From: an uncultured Solirubrobacterales bacterium
GTDB lineage: Bacteria > Actinomycetota > Thermoleophilia > Solirubrobacterales > JACPNS01
NCBI GenBank assembly: GCA_937128795.1
Contig: CAKZMQ010000025.1
Coordinates: forward strand, 245-64,244
Direction of reading: 5' to 3'
Length of the DNA stretch: 64,000 nucleotides
This document shows, piece after piece, positions 25,625-35,812 of this stretch (its first letter is position 1; every line of letters starts with the position of its first letter). Under the pieces are notes generated by a model that was given only the letters and a program-made list of their open reading frames with translations, made no database searches and had not been told where the DNA came from. The translations under genes and the position numbers were made by a program.

Positions 25625-25758
25625 GGCGGTGGTTTGTCTCTGTCGTCGGGTGACCGGCTTCGCGAGACCAACAGGGTGTGAGCCGCTTCGCGGAATCCAA
25701 CCCTGGCACCGGCGGGAAGCAGCGGATGCTGCGATTCGGGGGCGACAGTCCCACCGCT
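25625..25758 (+). ncRNA. Candidate structured RNA or 5' leader element, family not identified
   Basis: Closing helices GGCGGUGG/CCACCGC and CUGUCGUC/GGCGACAG enclose about 90 nt with internal hairpins (GCAGC-GGAU-GCUGC and CCGC-UUC-GCGG). It lies in a roughly 430-nt region with no credible ORF. Confidence 0.3.
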
Positions 25759-25821
25759 TGCCCGCTCTGCTTCGAAACAGAGTCGGCAACCGAAACCCGC
25801 TGAAAGTCGCACCGGCTGAAA

Positions 25822-25851
25822 ACGAAGGGCCGCCTCCGGGCGGCCCTTCGT
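25822..25851. terminator. 13-bp GC-rich hairpin (ACGAAGGGCCGCC-tccg-GGCGGCCCTTCGT); the T-tract is on the minus-strand side only
   Basis: Read directly from the sequence. AAAA precedes the hairpin on the plus strand, which reads as TTTT after the hairpin on the minus strand. Confidence 0.5.
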
Positions 25852-25897
25852 CGTTGCAGGGCCGGAACTCGCATCCGGAGTACCTAGAATTGCCGAC

Positions 25898-26224
25898 ATG
25901 AGTGCACGCGGCTACCTCTACGCAGCCGTTTTCGGCTTCTTCATCCCTCCGGTCCTGGTCGGCTACTACGTCGTCGAAAACGGTTTTGACCTGATCGACA
26001 TCCTCAATGCGATGGTCGACAACACGATCGCATTGGCGGTCTTCTGTGACCTCACGTTCACCTGTTTGGTCTTCTTCGTCTGGGCGCGCAAAGAGGCTGC
26101 CGAGCTGGGGATCGAGCGCTGGTGGCTCTGCATACCGGCGACAGTGATCATTGGCCCCTGCTTCGGATTTCCGCTGTTCCTGCACTGGCGCGAACGGATT
26201 CGCGAAGTGGCAGCCCCGGCCTGA
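25898..26224 (+). CDS. Small integral membrane protein (DUF2834-like)
   Basis: 108 aa with three or four hydrophobic helices. The pattern YxxxxxGFxIP...ENGFD...GPxFGFPLFL resembles DUF2834 as I remember it. Confidence 0.6.
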   Translation: MSARGYLYAAVFGFFIPPVLVGYYVVENGFDLIDILNAMVDNTIALAVFCDLTFTCLVFFVWARKEAAELGIERWWLCIPATVIIGPCFGFPLFLHWRERIREVAAPA

Positions 26225-26234
26225 TCTCGTCGAA

Positions 26235-26573
26235 CTATCGGGCTGGCGACATCTCCGAGACGAACTCGCGAACCACTTCAAACGAGCCGTCGATCAGGAC
26301 GTCTTCGACGAGCGGGTCGATGTGTTCGAGTTGGCTGACGCGCTCGTCGCGTGACTGCAGCTCGTGCATTTCCTCGATCGTTCCGTCGAACAGTCCGAAG
26401 GTCAGGATGATGTTCGGGTCTTTCGTGTTGCGACATGCATAGACGGCAGTGAACTTGTCGATCATTTCGTCTGACATGTTCTCGGGGGCTTCACCGAACT
26501 TGTCGATGAACGTGTCCGACTGGCCATCGGCGATGCGTCGCGCGGTCATTGCACAAATCATTTGAGTCTCCAA
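26235..26573 (-). CDS. Hypothetical protein
   Basis: 112-aa ORF, acidic. The start may be an internal Met at 26561 or 26549. Confidence 0.5.
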   Translation of the reverse strand: METQMICAMTARRIADGQSDTFIDKFGEAPENMSDEMIDKFTAVYACRNTKDPNIILTFGLFDGTIEEMHELQSRDERVSQLEHIDPLVEDVLIDGSFEVVREFVSEMSPAR

Positions 26574-26664
26574 AGATTGGCGGTTGACTAGTGGGCCGCA
26601 TGTGCGGCTTCCACTGCAGAACTACCACCGCTGGAAACGCGAGGAAGCTTCGTATGCCAACTAG

Positions 26665-26994
26665 CTACTTCGGAGGCAGCGATTGCGCGAACGTCAGGCC
26701 GCGCTCGACCCACGCCTTCAGCGCTGAGTCGTCGGCGAGAGCTTGTCCATCGACATCGACAAAGCCCCGCATCGGCTTGCCGGTGAACCGCATCTCGGAT
26801 GCGCCATCAATCGCCAGCGCTTCCTCGTATCCATCTGGTCCTACCCGAACCATCAGATTCTCGCCGATCGGACCACAGAGCATGTTTCCGTTCACCATGA
26901 ACGCCAAGCCGCCGAACATCTTGCGCTCGGTAACGCCGTCGACGTCGATCAAGACGTCGCGGACGCGGTCGGCGAGCGCTTCTTCATAGGCCAT
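26665..26994 (-). CDS. TfoX N-terminal domain protein
   Basis: RKMFGGLAFMVNGNMLCG is the TfoX_N signature. Confidence 0.75.
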   Translation of the reverse strand: MAYEEALADRVRDVLIDVDGVTERKMFGGLAFMVNGNMLCGPIGENLMVRVGPDGYEEALAIDGASEMRFTGKPMRGFVDVDGQALADDSALKAWVERGLTFAQSLPPK

Positions 26995-27046
26995 CGCCCA
27001 AATCTACATCGGGCAGCAGCCGTTCCGCCGCCAAAACTGAGAGCAT

Positions 27047-28741
27047 GTGAATCGTCCGTGGTTTGTCCGCTCCGCAGTAAAGCGCGAGCGAGCTGTCGCC
27101 GACACCATCCCCGTGCGTGCACCACTCCTTGCTCTCATAGCTGCGACGGTCGTCGCGGCGATCTTCGCGCCCTCGGCCGTCGCCTTCAGCGAACCAAAAG
27201 TTCTGGCCAGCAAGAACGGCGTGCTCAAAACAACGTTCGTCGCCGAAGAAGGCCCCGCCACCGTCGACGGCAAGACGATCCACGGCACGATGACGATCAA
27301 CAAGCGATACCCCGGGCCGACGCTCAAGCTCAAGCCGGGCGACCGTGTTGAGATCAAATACGTGAACCGTCTGCGCGAGGCGACCAACCTGCATTTTCAC
27401 GGCCTGCACGTTTCGCCGGCCGGTCGCGCCGACAACGTGTTGCGGAGGTTCCGCCCCGGCACGACCAACATCGTTTCGCTACGAATCCCACATGACCACC
27501 CGAACGGTCTGTACTGGTATCACCCGCATCTGCACGGGCAGGTGAACACCCAGGTTCTGCGGGGGATGGCCGGGATGATCTCGATCGAGGGCGGTAGCGC
27601 TCGCGTCAAGAAACTCGCCAAGTACAAAAAGCGCAACATCGGATTGACGTTGATGCAGTACGACCAGACCGGCACGCAAGTGATCAATCCGAACGATCAG
27701 AACGACTTTACTGCGACGACGCTGGTCAATGGAAAGCGCGGGCAACGGATCAGGATGCGCCCGGGCCAGACCGAGTTGTGGCGCGTCGCGAACATGAGCA
27801 ATGAGGGTTTCTATCGCCTGCACCTCGAAGGGCACAAGGTCTGGATCGTCGGACAGGACGGCAATCCAACCCGCGTCGCCCAGAACACCAGCCAGTTCGT
27901 GATTGCGCCGGGATCACGCTACGAATTCCTCGTCCGACCTGCCAAGACCGGAACGTTCAAATTCCGTCAACTCCAGGAGGACGTTGGCGGCGGATCGATC
28001 TATCCCAACCAAGACTTGCTGACGCTCAACGTTTCTGGCCGCTCCGCGACCTCGCAACGCATCCCACGCAGGATCAAGAATTTCACTGATCTGTCCAAGG
28101 CGAGAGTGAAAACGCGCCGTACATGGCGAATCTCATTCACGCCGAACAATGCCCCCGTCTTTCACGGTCTGATCAACGGCAAGGCGTTTGACCCGGACCG
28201 CATCGACACTGTCGCCAAGATCGGCGATGTCGAGGAGTGGACCTTCCGAAACGAGACCGACACGGCACACCCGATCCACCTGCACACCAACGACTTCCAG
28301 GTGACGAAGGTCAACGGCAAGTCACGTCGCGTGCCGGCTCCGATCGACAACTACATCCTGCCCGCGAACGGCTCGATCACGTTCCGCTTCAAGCCGCATA
28401 CTTACACCGGCGTCGCGGTCTTCCACTGTCACATCCTCTTTCACGAGGACAACGGGATGATGGCGACGATCAAGTGGTCGCGCGGAACGGCAAAGGCGTC
28501 GGTGCGCTCGGCCGACAGTCTTGGTGCGTACTCGAGCTCGGCGATCTCGGCCAAGGTCTTCGATCCGGCGACTGCGCCCGACGATCTCAACCCCGCAGAG
28601 CACAGTCACGGTGATGGCGCGGATGCCGAGCACCGGCTACATCTTCAGGCCGTGAAGGCCAGTCGCTCAATCCCGGGAGCCCCAAACACAGGAGACCCCA
28701 ACGACTGGCTGTTCTGCCGGCTCGACGAAATCCAGTCCTGA
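27047..28741 (+). CDS. Multicopper oxidase (laccase-like)
   Basis: Copper-binding motifs HFHGLH, WYHPHLHG, HPIHLHTNDF and HCHILFHEDNGMM. GTG start. Confidence 0.85.
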   Translation: MNRPWFVRSAVKRERAVADTIPVRAPLLALIAATVVAAIFAPSAVAFSEPKVLASKNGVLKTTFVAEEGPATVDGKTIHGTMTINKRYPGPTLKLKPGDRVEIKYVNRLREATNLHFHGLHVSPAGRADNVLRRFRPGTTNIVSLRIPHDHPNGLYWYHPHLHGQVNTQVLRGMAGMISIEGGSARVKKLAKYKKRNIGLTLMQYDQTGTQVINPNDQNDFTATTLVNGKRGQRIRMRPGQTELWRVANMSNEGFYRLHLEGHKVWIVGQDGNPTRVAQNTSQFVIAPGSRYEFLVRPAKTGTFKFRQLQEDVGGGSIYPNQDLLTLNVSGRSATSQRIPRRIKNFTDLSKARVKTRRTWRISFTPNNAPVFHGLINGKAFDPDRIDTVAKIGDVEEWTFRNETDTAHPIHLHTNDFQVTKVNGKSRRVPAPIDNYILPANGSITFRFKPHTYTGVAVFHCHILFHEDNGMMATIKWSRGTAKASVRSADSLGAYSSSAISAKVFDPATAPDDLNPAEHSHGDGADAEHRLHLQAVKASRSIPGAPNTGDPNDWLFCRLDEIQS

Positions 28742-28764
28742 ATCCTCGTCGAAAGCTGCGTAGT

Positions 28765-29814
28765 ATGTCGGCGATGGTTTTACGACGCTCGGCAGTCGTC
28801 ATCGCGGTACTGGCCGCGGCATTCACTTTCGGCACCGCCCATGCGGGCGCAGTGACGATCGGGGCAGACCTGACGCGCACGCCCAACGTCGGCTACGGCT
28901 GCGAGGTCACGCCGGGCACAGGGGCGTTCGGACAGCGGTTCTTCCTGCCGACTGGCGTGGCGAACTGCACGTACCTCGCCACTTCTGCCGATCTCGCCGA
29001 GTCGCCACAGGGGCTCAAACCGGGCGGAATCCTCACCAGCGTCAGCGTGCGCGCAGGCCCCACGACCGGACCGATGCAGGCGACGATCCTGCGCGCGACA
29101 CGCAGCTTTCTCGGATTCCAGTGTTGCTACTACGCGGGTGCAAGCCAAACGTTCACACCGGCGCCGAACACCGTGACGCGCGTTCCGGTGCGTTTGCCGA
29201 TGCGCAACGAATTCGACACTCCGAACGCGACCGAGACCGTCGACTATCTCGGCCTCTCGGTGTTGGCACCGGGCGTTCCGATCCCGATGGTCGACCTCGG
29301 CGGCGGCATGCTGCCGGGCGCGATCGCGTTCCATCCCTTCGTGGCACCTGAGGACGTTCGCGTCAACGGGGCCGGATTGGGAGGATTGGTCCCGCTGATC
29401 GCCGGCGATTTCCAGCCAACTTGTGGCGCGAGCGCGGCCTCTTCACGCGGCAGTTCCGTACGCGGCACGCGCGTTCGATCGTCGGCCACCAGATGTCTCG
29501 CGGCGCTTACGCTTGCACGCAACCGAGCACGTCTCAGATCGAATCGCGCGCGACTTCCGCTGCGCTGCAATTCTCCAGCTGCCTGCGTCGGCAAAGTGAG
29601 ATTGCAGACAAGACGTGGCAGGGGCACAACGCTTGCCTCCGCTCGCGTCAAGATCGCCGCCGCTGGGACGCGAACGCTGAAGCCGAGGCTGACCAAACGC
29701 GGCAAACGGCTGATGGCCCGCAAGCGTTCGCGCAAGCTCTGGCTGAACGCGATCGTCACCGACGGCAGCGGTGCCAAGGGCCGAGTGTCGACGCGAGTCA
29801 CGCTGCGGCGCTGA
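28765..29814 (+). CDS. Secreted hypothetical protein with a basic C-terminal tail module
   Basis: Signal peptide ...AAAFTFGTAHA. The C-terminus is Arg/Lys-rich with a paired-Cys pattern. Confidence 0.55.
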   Translation: MSAMVLRRSAVVIAVLAAAFTFGTAHAGAVTIGADLTRTPNVGYGCEVTPGTGAFGQRFFLPTGVANCTYLATSADLAESPQGLKPGGILTSVSVRAGPTTGPMQATILRATRSFLGFQCCYYAGASQTFTPAPNTVTRVPVRLPMRNEFDTPNATETVDYLGLSVLAPGVPIPMVDLGGGMLPGAIAFHPFVAPEDVRVNGAGLGGLVPLIAGDFQPTCGASAASSRGSSVRGTRVRSSATRCLAALTLARNRARLRSNRARLPLRCNSPAACVGKVRLQTRRGRGTTLASARVKIAAAGTRTLKPRLTKRGKRLMARKRSRKLWLNAIVTDGSGAKGRVSTRVTLRR

Positions 29815-29873
29815 CGCGCGGATCCCGCCTGCAAGATCCGGCCATGCGTGGGTAGAATCACGTGGGTTATTGA

Positions 29874-31928
<2,055 letters not shown>

Positions 31929-32020
31929 TTGCAAACCGGCGAAGAAAACAACCGTGTACGCAGTCGCGCACGAAAGAAAGAGTTAAGAATCGCCGCCGTA
32001 GAGTCGGCGAGACTCCAAAC

Positions 32021-32611
32021 ATGAACAAATCCAACCCCAAACTCGTTTACGGCCTCGTGGGCATTGCGATTGTCGTCCTCGTGGTCGGGATCGCACTCGC
32101 CGGCGGCGAGGATTCCAAAACTGATTCCGGGCTTTCACTGCAGCCGACCGAGCAGACACCGACAAACGAGAATGCCGAAGAGAAGAGCGACAAGGGAGCC
32201 GACCGCAAACCCGCACCGAATATTTCCGGCAGCGATGTCACTGACCCGAACAAGACGATCTCGCTCGACGACTTCAAGGGCAAGCCGGTCGTTGTCCAAG
32301 TGTGGGCCTCGTGGTGCCCGGTCTGCAACGAGGAGGCGCCAGACATCGCGGCATTCCAGAAGGAGAATCCAGACGTCGCCTTCATCGGCGTGAACGTCGA
32401 GGACTCCCAATCAGATGCAATCGCGTACAAGCAACGTCACGGCCTGACGCACGAACAGGACATTTCCGACCCAGACCGCAAGGTCGAAGGCCAGCTCGGC
32501 TTCACCGGCCAGCCCAACTCGATGGTGATCGACGAAGAGGGGCGGATCGTGCAGCTGTTCCCGGGTGCGGTTTCAAAAGAGCAGCTCGAAGAAGCGCTGA
32601 ACAAGATCTAG
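32021..32611 (+). CDS. TlpA/ResA-like thiol-disulfide oxidoreductase (membrane anchored)
   Basis: N-terminal TM helix, the WCPVC thioredoxin motif and a redoxin-fold pattern. The track ORF 31505.. is an upstream in-frame artefact. Confidence 0.8.
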   Translation: MNKSNPKLVYGLVGIAIVVLVVGIALAGGEDSKTDSGLSLQPTEQTPTNENAEEKSDKGADRKPAPNISGSDVTDPNKTISLDDFKGKPVVVQVWASWCPVCNEEAPDIAAFQKENPDVAFIGVNVEDSQSDAIAYKQRHGLTHEQDISDPDRKVEGQLGFTGQPNSMVIDEEGRIVQLFPGAVSKEQLEEALNKI

Positions 32612-32615
32612 TCAA

Positions 32616-33308
32616 TTGCGCGACGCCAGCCTCGCAACTTTTCTGATCACGTTCGCAGCCGGCGCGGTCTCGTTCATCTCACCGTGCTTTCTGCCGCTCG
32701 TGCCCGGATACATCGCGTTCATCTCGGGCGGCGAGCCGAACGACCGCATGCTGCGGGTTGGGTTGTTCGTCTCTGGATTCACGCTGATATTCGTGCTGCT
32801 GGGTTTCGGTTCCGGCGCGGTCGGCGGTTTTCTGCTGGAGAACCGCCGCACGCTCGAGATCGTCGCCGGCGTGTTGATAACCGTTTTCGGTGCGTTGATG
32901 GTGCTGCCGCGTCTGCCTTGGTGGCTCGAGCGCGAACACCGCATGGAGCTCAAGCCACCGAGCGGACGCTTTGCCGCAGTAGGTCTCGGCGCTGCTTTCG
33001 CGATCGGCTGGTCTCCTTGTATTGGGCCGGCGCTGGCAACTGCGTTGACCTTTGCGGCGACAAGCGGCGACGCCGTGACCGGCGGCGCGATGCTGTTCGT
33101 CTTCTCGCTCGGCCTCGGGCTGCCCCTACTGCTGGTCGCACTGCTCGCCGACCGTGTTGCGCCCGGCATGGGCGGCCTGACGAAACAAAGTCGAAAGTTT
33201 CAAATCGGCGCGGGGTCGCTGCTGATCGCTTTCGGCGTGCTGATGGCGACTGGCGTGATCGGCAACTGGAGCGCGCGCCTCTCTGGCACCTCTCCGTTTG
33301 GCCTTTAG
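32616..33308 (+). CDS. ccdA: Cytochrome c biogenesis protein CcdA (DsbD-family transmembrane electron transporter)
   Basis: Contains SFISPCFLPLVPGY and GWSPCIGP, the conserved Cys-containing TM motifs. Confidence 0.85.
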   Translation: MRDASLATFLITFAAGAVSFISPCFLPLVPGYIAFISGGEPNDRMLRVGLFVSGFTLIFVLLGFGSGAVGGFLLENRRTLEIVAGVLITVFGALMVLPRLPWWLEREHRMELKPPSGRFAAVGLGAAFAIGWSPCIGPALATALTFAATSGDAVTGGAMLFVFSLGLGLPLLLVALLADRVAPGMGGLTKQSRKFQIGAGSLLIAFGVLMATGVIGNWSARLSGTSPFGL

Positions 33309-33504
33309 CGCCGCCAGTTGCTCGCAGACTCTCGAGTCTCGGATTGCAGATATCGAGTAGCGCGCGCAGCGATCCGACCAATGAGTGGGTTGATCGTCCA
33401 GCCCGGGCCGCCGATTGATCGATCAAAATCTCGGCATCGTAAAGACAGTGTCCGGCGAGGTCGATTGATCCACATCGGACTCATCCGCCCCACGTCTGGA
33501 ACAC

Positions 33505-35568
33505 ATGCCCACTCAGTCAAGAAGTCCTGAGACCTCGCTGCTCAACTCGCTGCCTGTTGTCCGCATCGCAATGGTTGCCGTCGCGTTTTCCTGCGTCGCC
33601 GCAGCTTTGCTGAGCGCTCCGGCGGCGAACGCGTTTCACCCGGGCAAACCCACAGAGATCTGGGTGTCGCCAAATGGCAACAATGGTGCCGATGGCTCGA
33701 AGGCCAGACCGTTGCGTTCGCTCGCTGCCGCCCGCAATCACGCGCGGCGCGTGATGCGCAGAGGTCAGAAGGCGGATGTCCGCATCCTGCTGATGGACGG
33801 AATCTTTCGCCTAAAACGCTCGCTCTATCTCGACTGGCGCGACTCCGGGCGAGGAGAGCACCGGGTGATCTACGCGGCGGCACCGAAAGCCAAGCCAGTT
33901 GTCAGCGGCTCGATCGCGGTCCGCAATTTCAAGCTCTACGACCGAGCGGCACGGATCTATCGCGCCAAGGTGCCCGTCGGCAGTCAGTCTCGACAGCTCT
34001 ACGTGAATGGGCGTCGAGCGCTTCGCGCCCGCAGCACGACAAACCCGAATGGTTTCACGCGCACTGCCGCCGGCTACGAGGCACCAGACGACGCGATGGC
34101 CAGCTGGCGCAGACCGAGCGAAATCGAGCTAGCCACCGTTACTCAGTGGAAGATGATGCGCTGCCCAGTCGCCGCGATTGCGGGCCGACAGATCGCCATG
34201 CAGCAGCCCTGCTGGAACAACGTGAACGTGTTTCCAAAACTCTGGTCGTTCCAGTTGATCTCGTGGATCGAAAACGCCTATGAACTGCTTGACCAACCGG
34301 GTGAGTGGTACATGGACGGCCAAGCGGGGTGGCTCTACTACATTCCGCGCGCCGGAGAGCGAATCTCGAACACGACGGCCGAGCTGCCGTTGCGCGAAGC
34401 GCTCGTGCGCGGTCGTGGCACGAACACTCGGCCGATCAGCAATATCCGCTTCGAGGGCATCACCTTCGAGCACGCGACTTGGCTGTTGCCAAGTGGCTCC
34501 GACGGTTACGCAGCGGATCAGAGCGGCTTTCACCTGACGGGCGACGGCCACGTACCCAATTCGATCGGACACGACATGGACACGGCGCGGACACCCGGCA
34601 GCGTCAGGTTTCGCTTTGCACACAACGTCGAGTTTGTTCGCAACAGCTTTCGTCGCCTCGGCGCCGTCGGCCTCGACTTCGACACCGGAGCGCAGCACAA
34701 CCGCATCGTCGGCAACCACTTCAACGACGTCTCCTCGGCCGCGATCCAACTCGGCGGAGTCGATGTCGAGGATCATCACCCGACCACCGCCAAAGAGGTC
34801 ACGCGTGACAACGAAATCGCGAACAATCTGATCAAACACACCGGTCGCGAGTATCAGGACGCCGCGGGCATCTTCGTCGGTTTCGCGGCACGGACAACGA
34901 TTACCCACAACGACATCAGCGAGGTTCCCTGGTCAGGAATCGCGATTGGCTGGGGTTGGGGCCTGGTCGACCCTGGGAGCTTCCCAGGGCTTCCCGGCGC
35001 AAAGCTCGGCGAGTGGGGCATCTATGCGACGGACACGCCGAGCTTGGGAAATCGCATCGCCTACAACCGCATCACCAACTATCTGAGCAAGCTCTGGGAC
35101 GGCGGCGGGGTCTACACCGTCGGCCAGCAGGGGTCGTCGCTCGCTGAGGGAGAGGTGATCGAGGGCAACGTCATCTCGAACAAGCGGCGGCTCGCCGGTG
35201 GAAACACGATCTACACGGATGGCGGCAGTCGCTACGTGACGATCCGCAACAACGTGCTGTTCGAAAACGATCCCGGCATCACTGACTTCGGACCGTGCGA
35301 CGTGACAGATGCGATCGAACTCTGCTGGGTCGTGCTGCCGTACGGCAGCGATCGTGGTGGCTGCCGTCCGTATGGAGACATCGTCTACAGCAACAACTAC
35401 TGGCAGCATCCTGCGGCGTTCTTCGAGGCCTGCCCGTATCCGCCGTACCCGGTCAATGTCACCGATCAGAACAACACTGTGATAACCGGCCCGGAGGCGA
35501 TTTCGGAGAAACTGCTCAAGCGCGCCGGACTGCAGCGCGCGTTCCGAAACCGCGTCGGCGCTGGCTGA
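33505..35568 (+). CDS. Secreted right-handed parallel beta-helix repeat protein
   Basis: Has a signal peptide. Repeated N-x-I-x-x-N / G-I-x-V type turns (NRIVGNHFNDV, NEIANNLIKH, ITHNDISE, NVISNK, IRNNVLFEN) are typical of pectate-lyase-fold proteins. Confidence 0.65.
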   Translation: MPTQSRSPETSLLNSLPVVRIAMVAVAFSCVAAALLSAPAANAFHPGKPTEIWVSPNGNNGADGSKARPLRSLAAARNHARRVMRRGQKADVRILLMDGIFRLKRSLYLDWRDSGRGEHRVIYAAAPKAKPVVSGSIAVRNFKLYDRAARIYRAKVPVGSQSRQLYVNGRRALRARSTTNPNGFTRTAAGYEAPDDAMASWRRPSEIELATVTQWKMMRCPVAAIAGRQIAMQQPCWNNVNVFPKLWSFQLISWIENAYELLDQPGEWYMDGQAGWLYYIPRAGERISNTTAELPLREALVRGRGTNTRPISNIRFEGITFEHATWLLPSGSDGYAADQSGFHLTGDGHVPNSIGHDMDTARTPGSVRFRFAHNVEFVRNSFRRLGAVGLDFDTGAQHNRIVGNHFNDVSSAAIQLGGVDVEDHHPTTAKEVTRDNEIANNLIKHTGREYQDAAGIFVGFAARTTITHNDISEVPWSGIAIGWGWGLVDPGSFPGLPGAKLGEWGIYATDTPSLGNRIAYNRITNYLSKLWDGGGVYTVGQQGSSLAEGEVIEGNVISNKRRLAGGNTIYTDGGSRYVTIRNNVLFENDPGITDFGPCDVTDAIELCWVVLPYGSDRGGCRPYGDIVYSNNYWQHPAAFFEACPYPPYPVNVTDQNNTVITGPEAISEKLLKRAGLQRAFRNRVGAG

Positions 35569-35709
35569 GGCCTTTCGCCCCAGACGTCAGGGATGCGATC
35601 GCGGTGCCTATTCCGGACGATGCTCCGGTCATCACGCATGTCGTTTTGCTGCTTGGCGGAGGTATTGCCATTGATTTCTGCAGATTTTCGAGGGGCGTAT
35701 CGCCAATAG

Positions 35710-35729
35710 TAAACAACATTGTTTATAAT
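35710..35729 (+). promoter_or_regulatory. AT-rich palindrome TAAACAA-ca-TTGTTTA overlapping a perfect TATAAT hexamer
   Basis: Read directly from the sequence. It lies about 85-105 nt upstream of the lipase-like gene. Confidence 0.4.
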
Positions 35730-35812
35730 TCGGCGTAGTCCACTGCGCGTCGTCCCGAACTGGCCGTGCGTCGCGCGCTTCGAACAGCCCGCATCAGCTC
35801 GATTCGGGCCCG

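Noticed and set aside
25700-25730. Possible SRP (4.5S) RNA, because of the string GGCGGGAAGCAGCGG resembling the helix-8 GGAAGGAAGCAGCC.
   Set aside because: The 5' strand does not reproduce the conserved AGGUCC pattern of the symmetric loop, and the would-be tetraloop GGCG is not GNAR. GCAGC-GGAU-GCUGC also forms a competing local hairpin. I therefore left it as an unassigned structured RNA.
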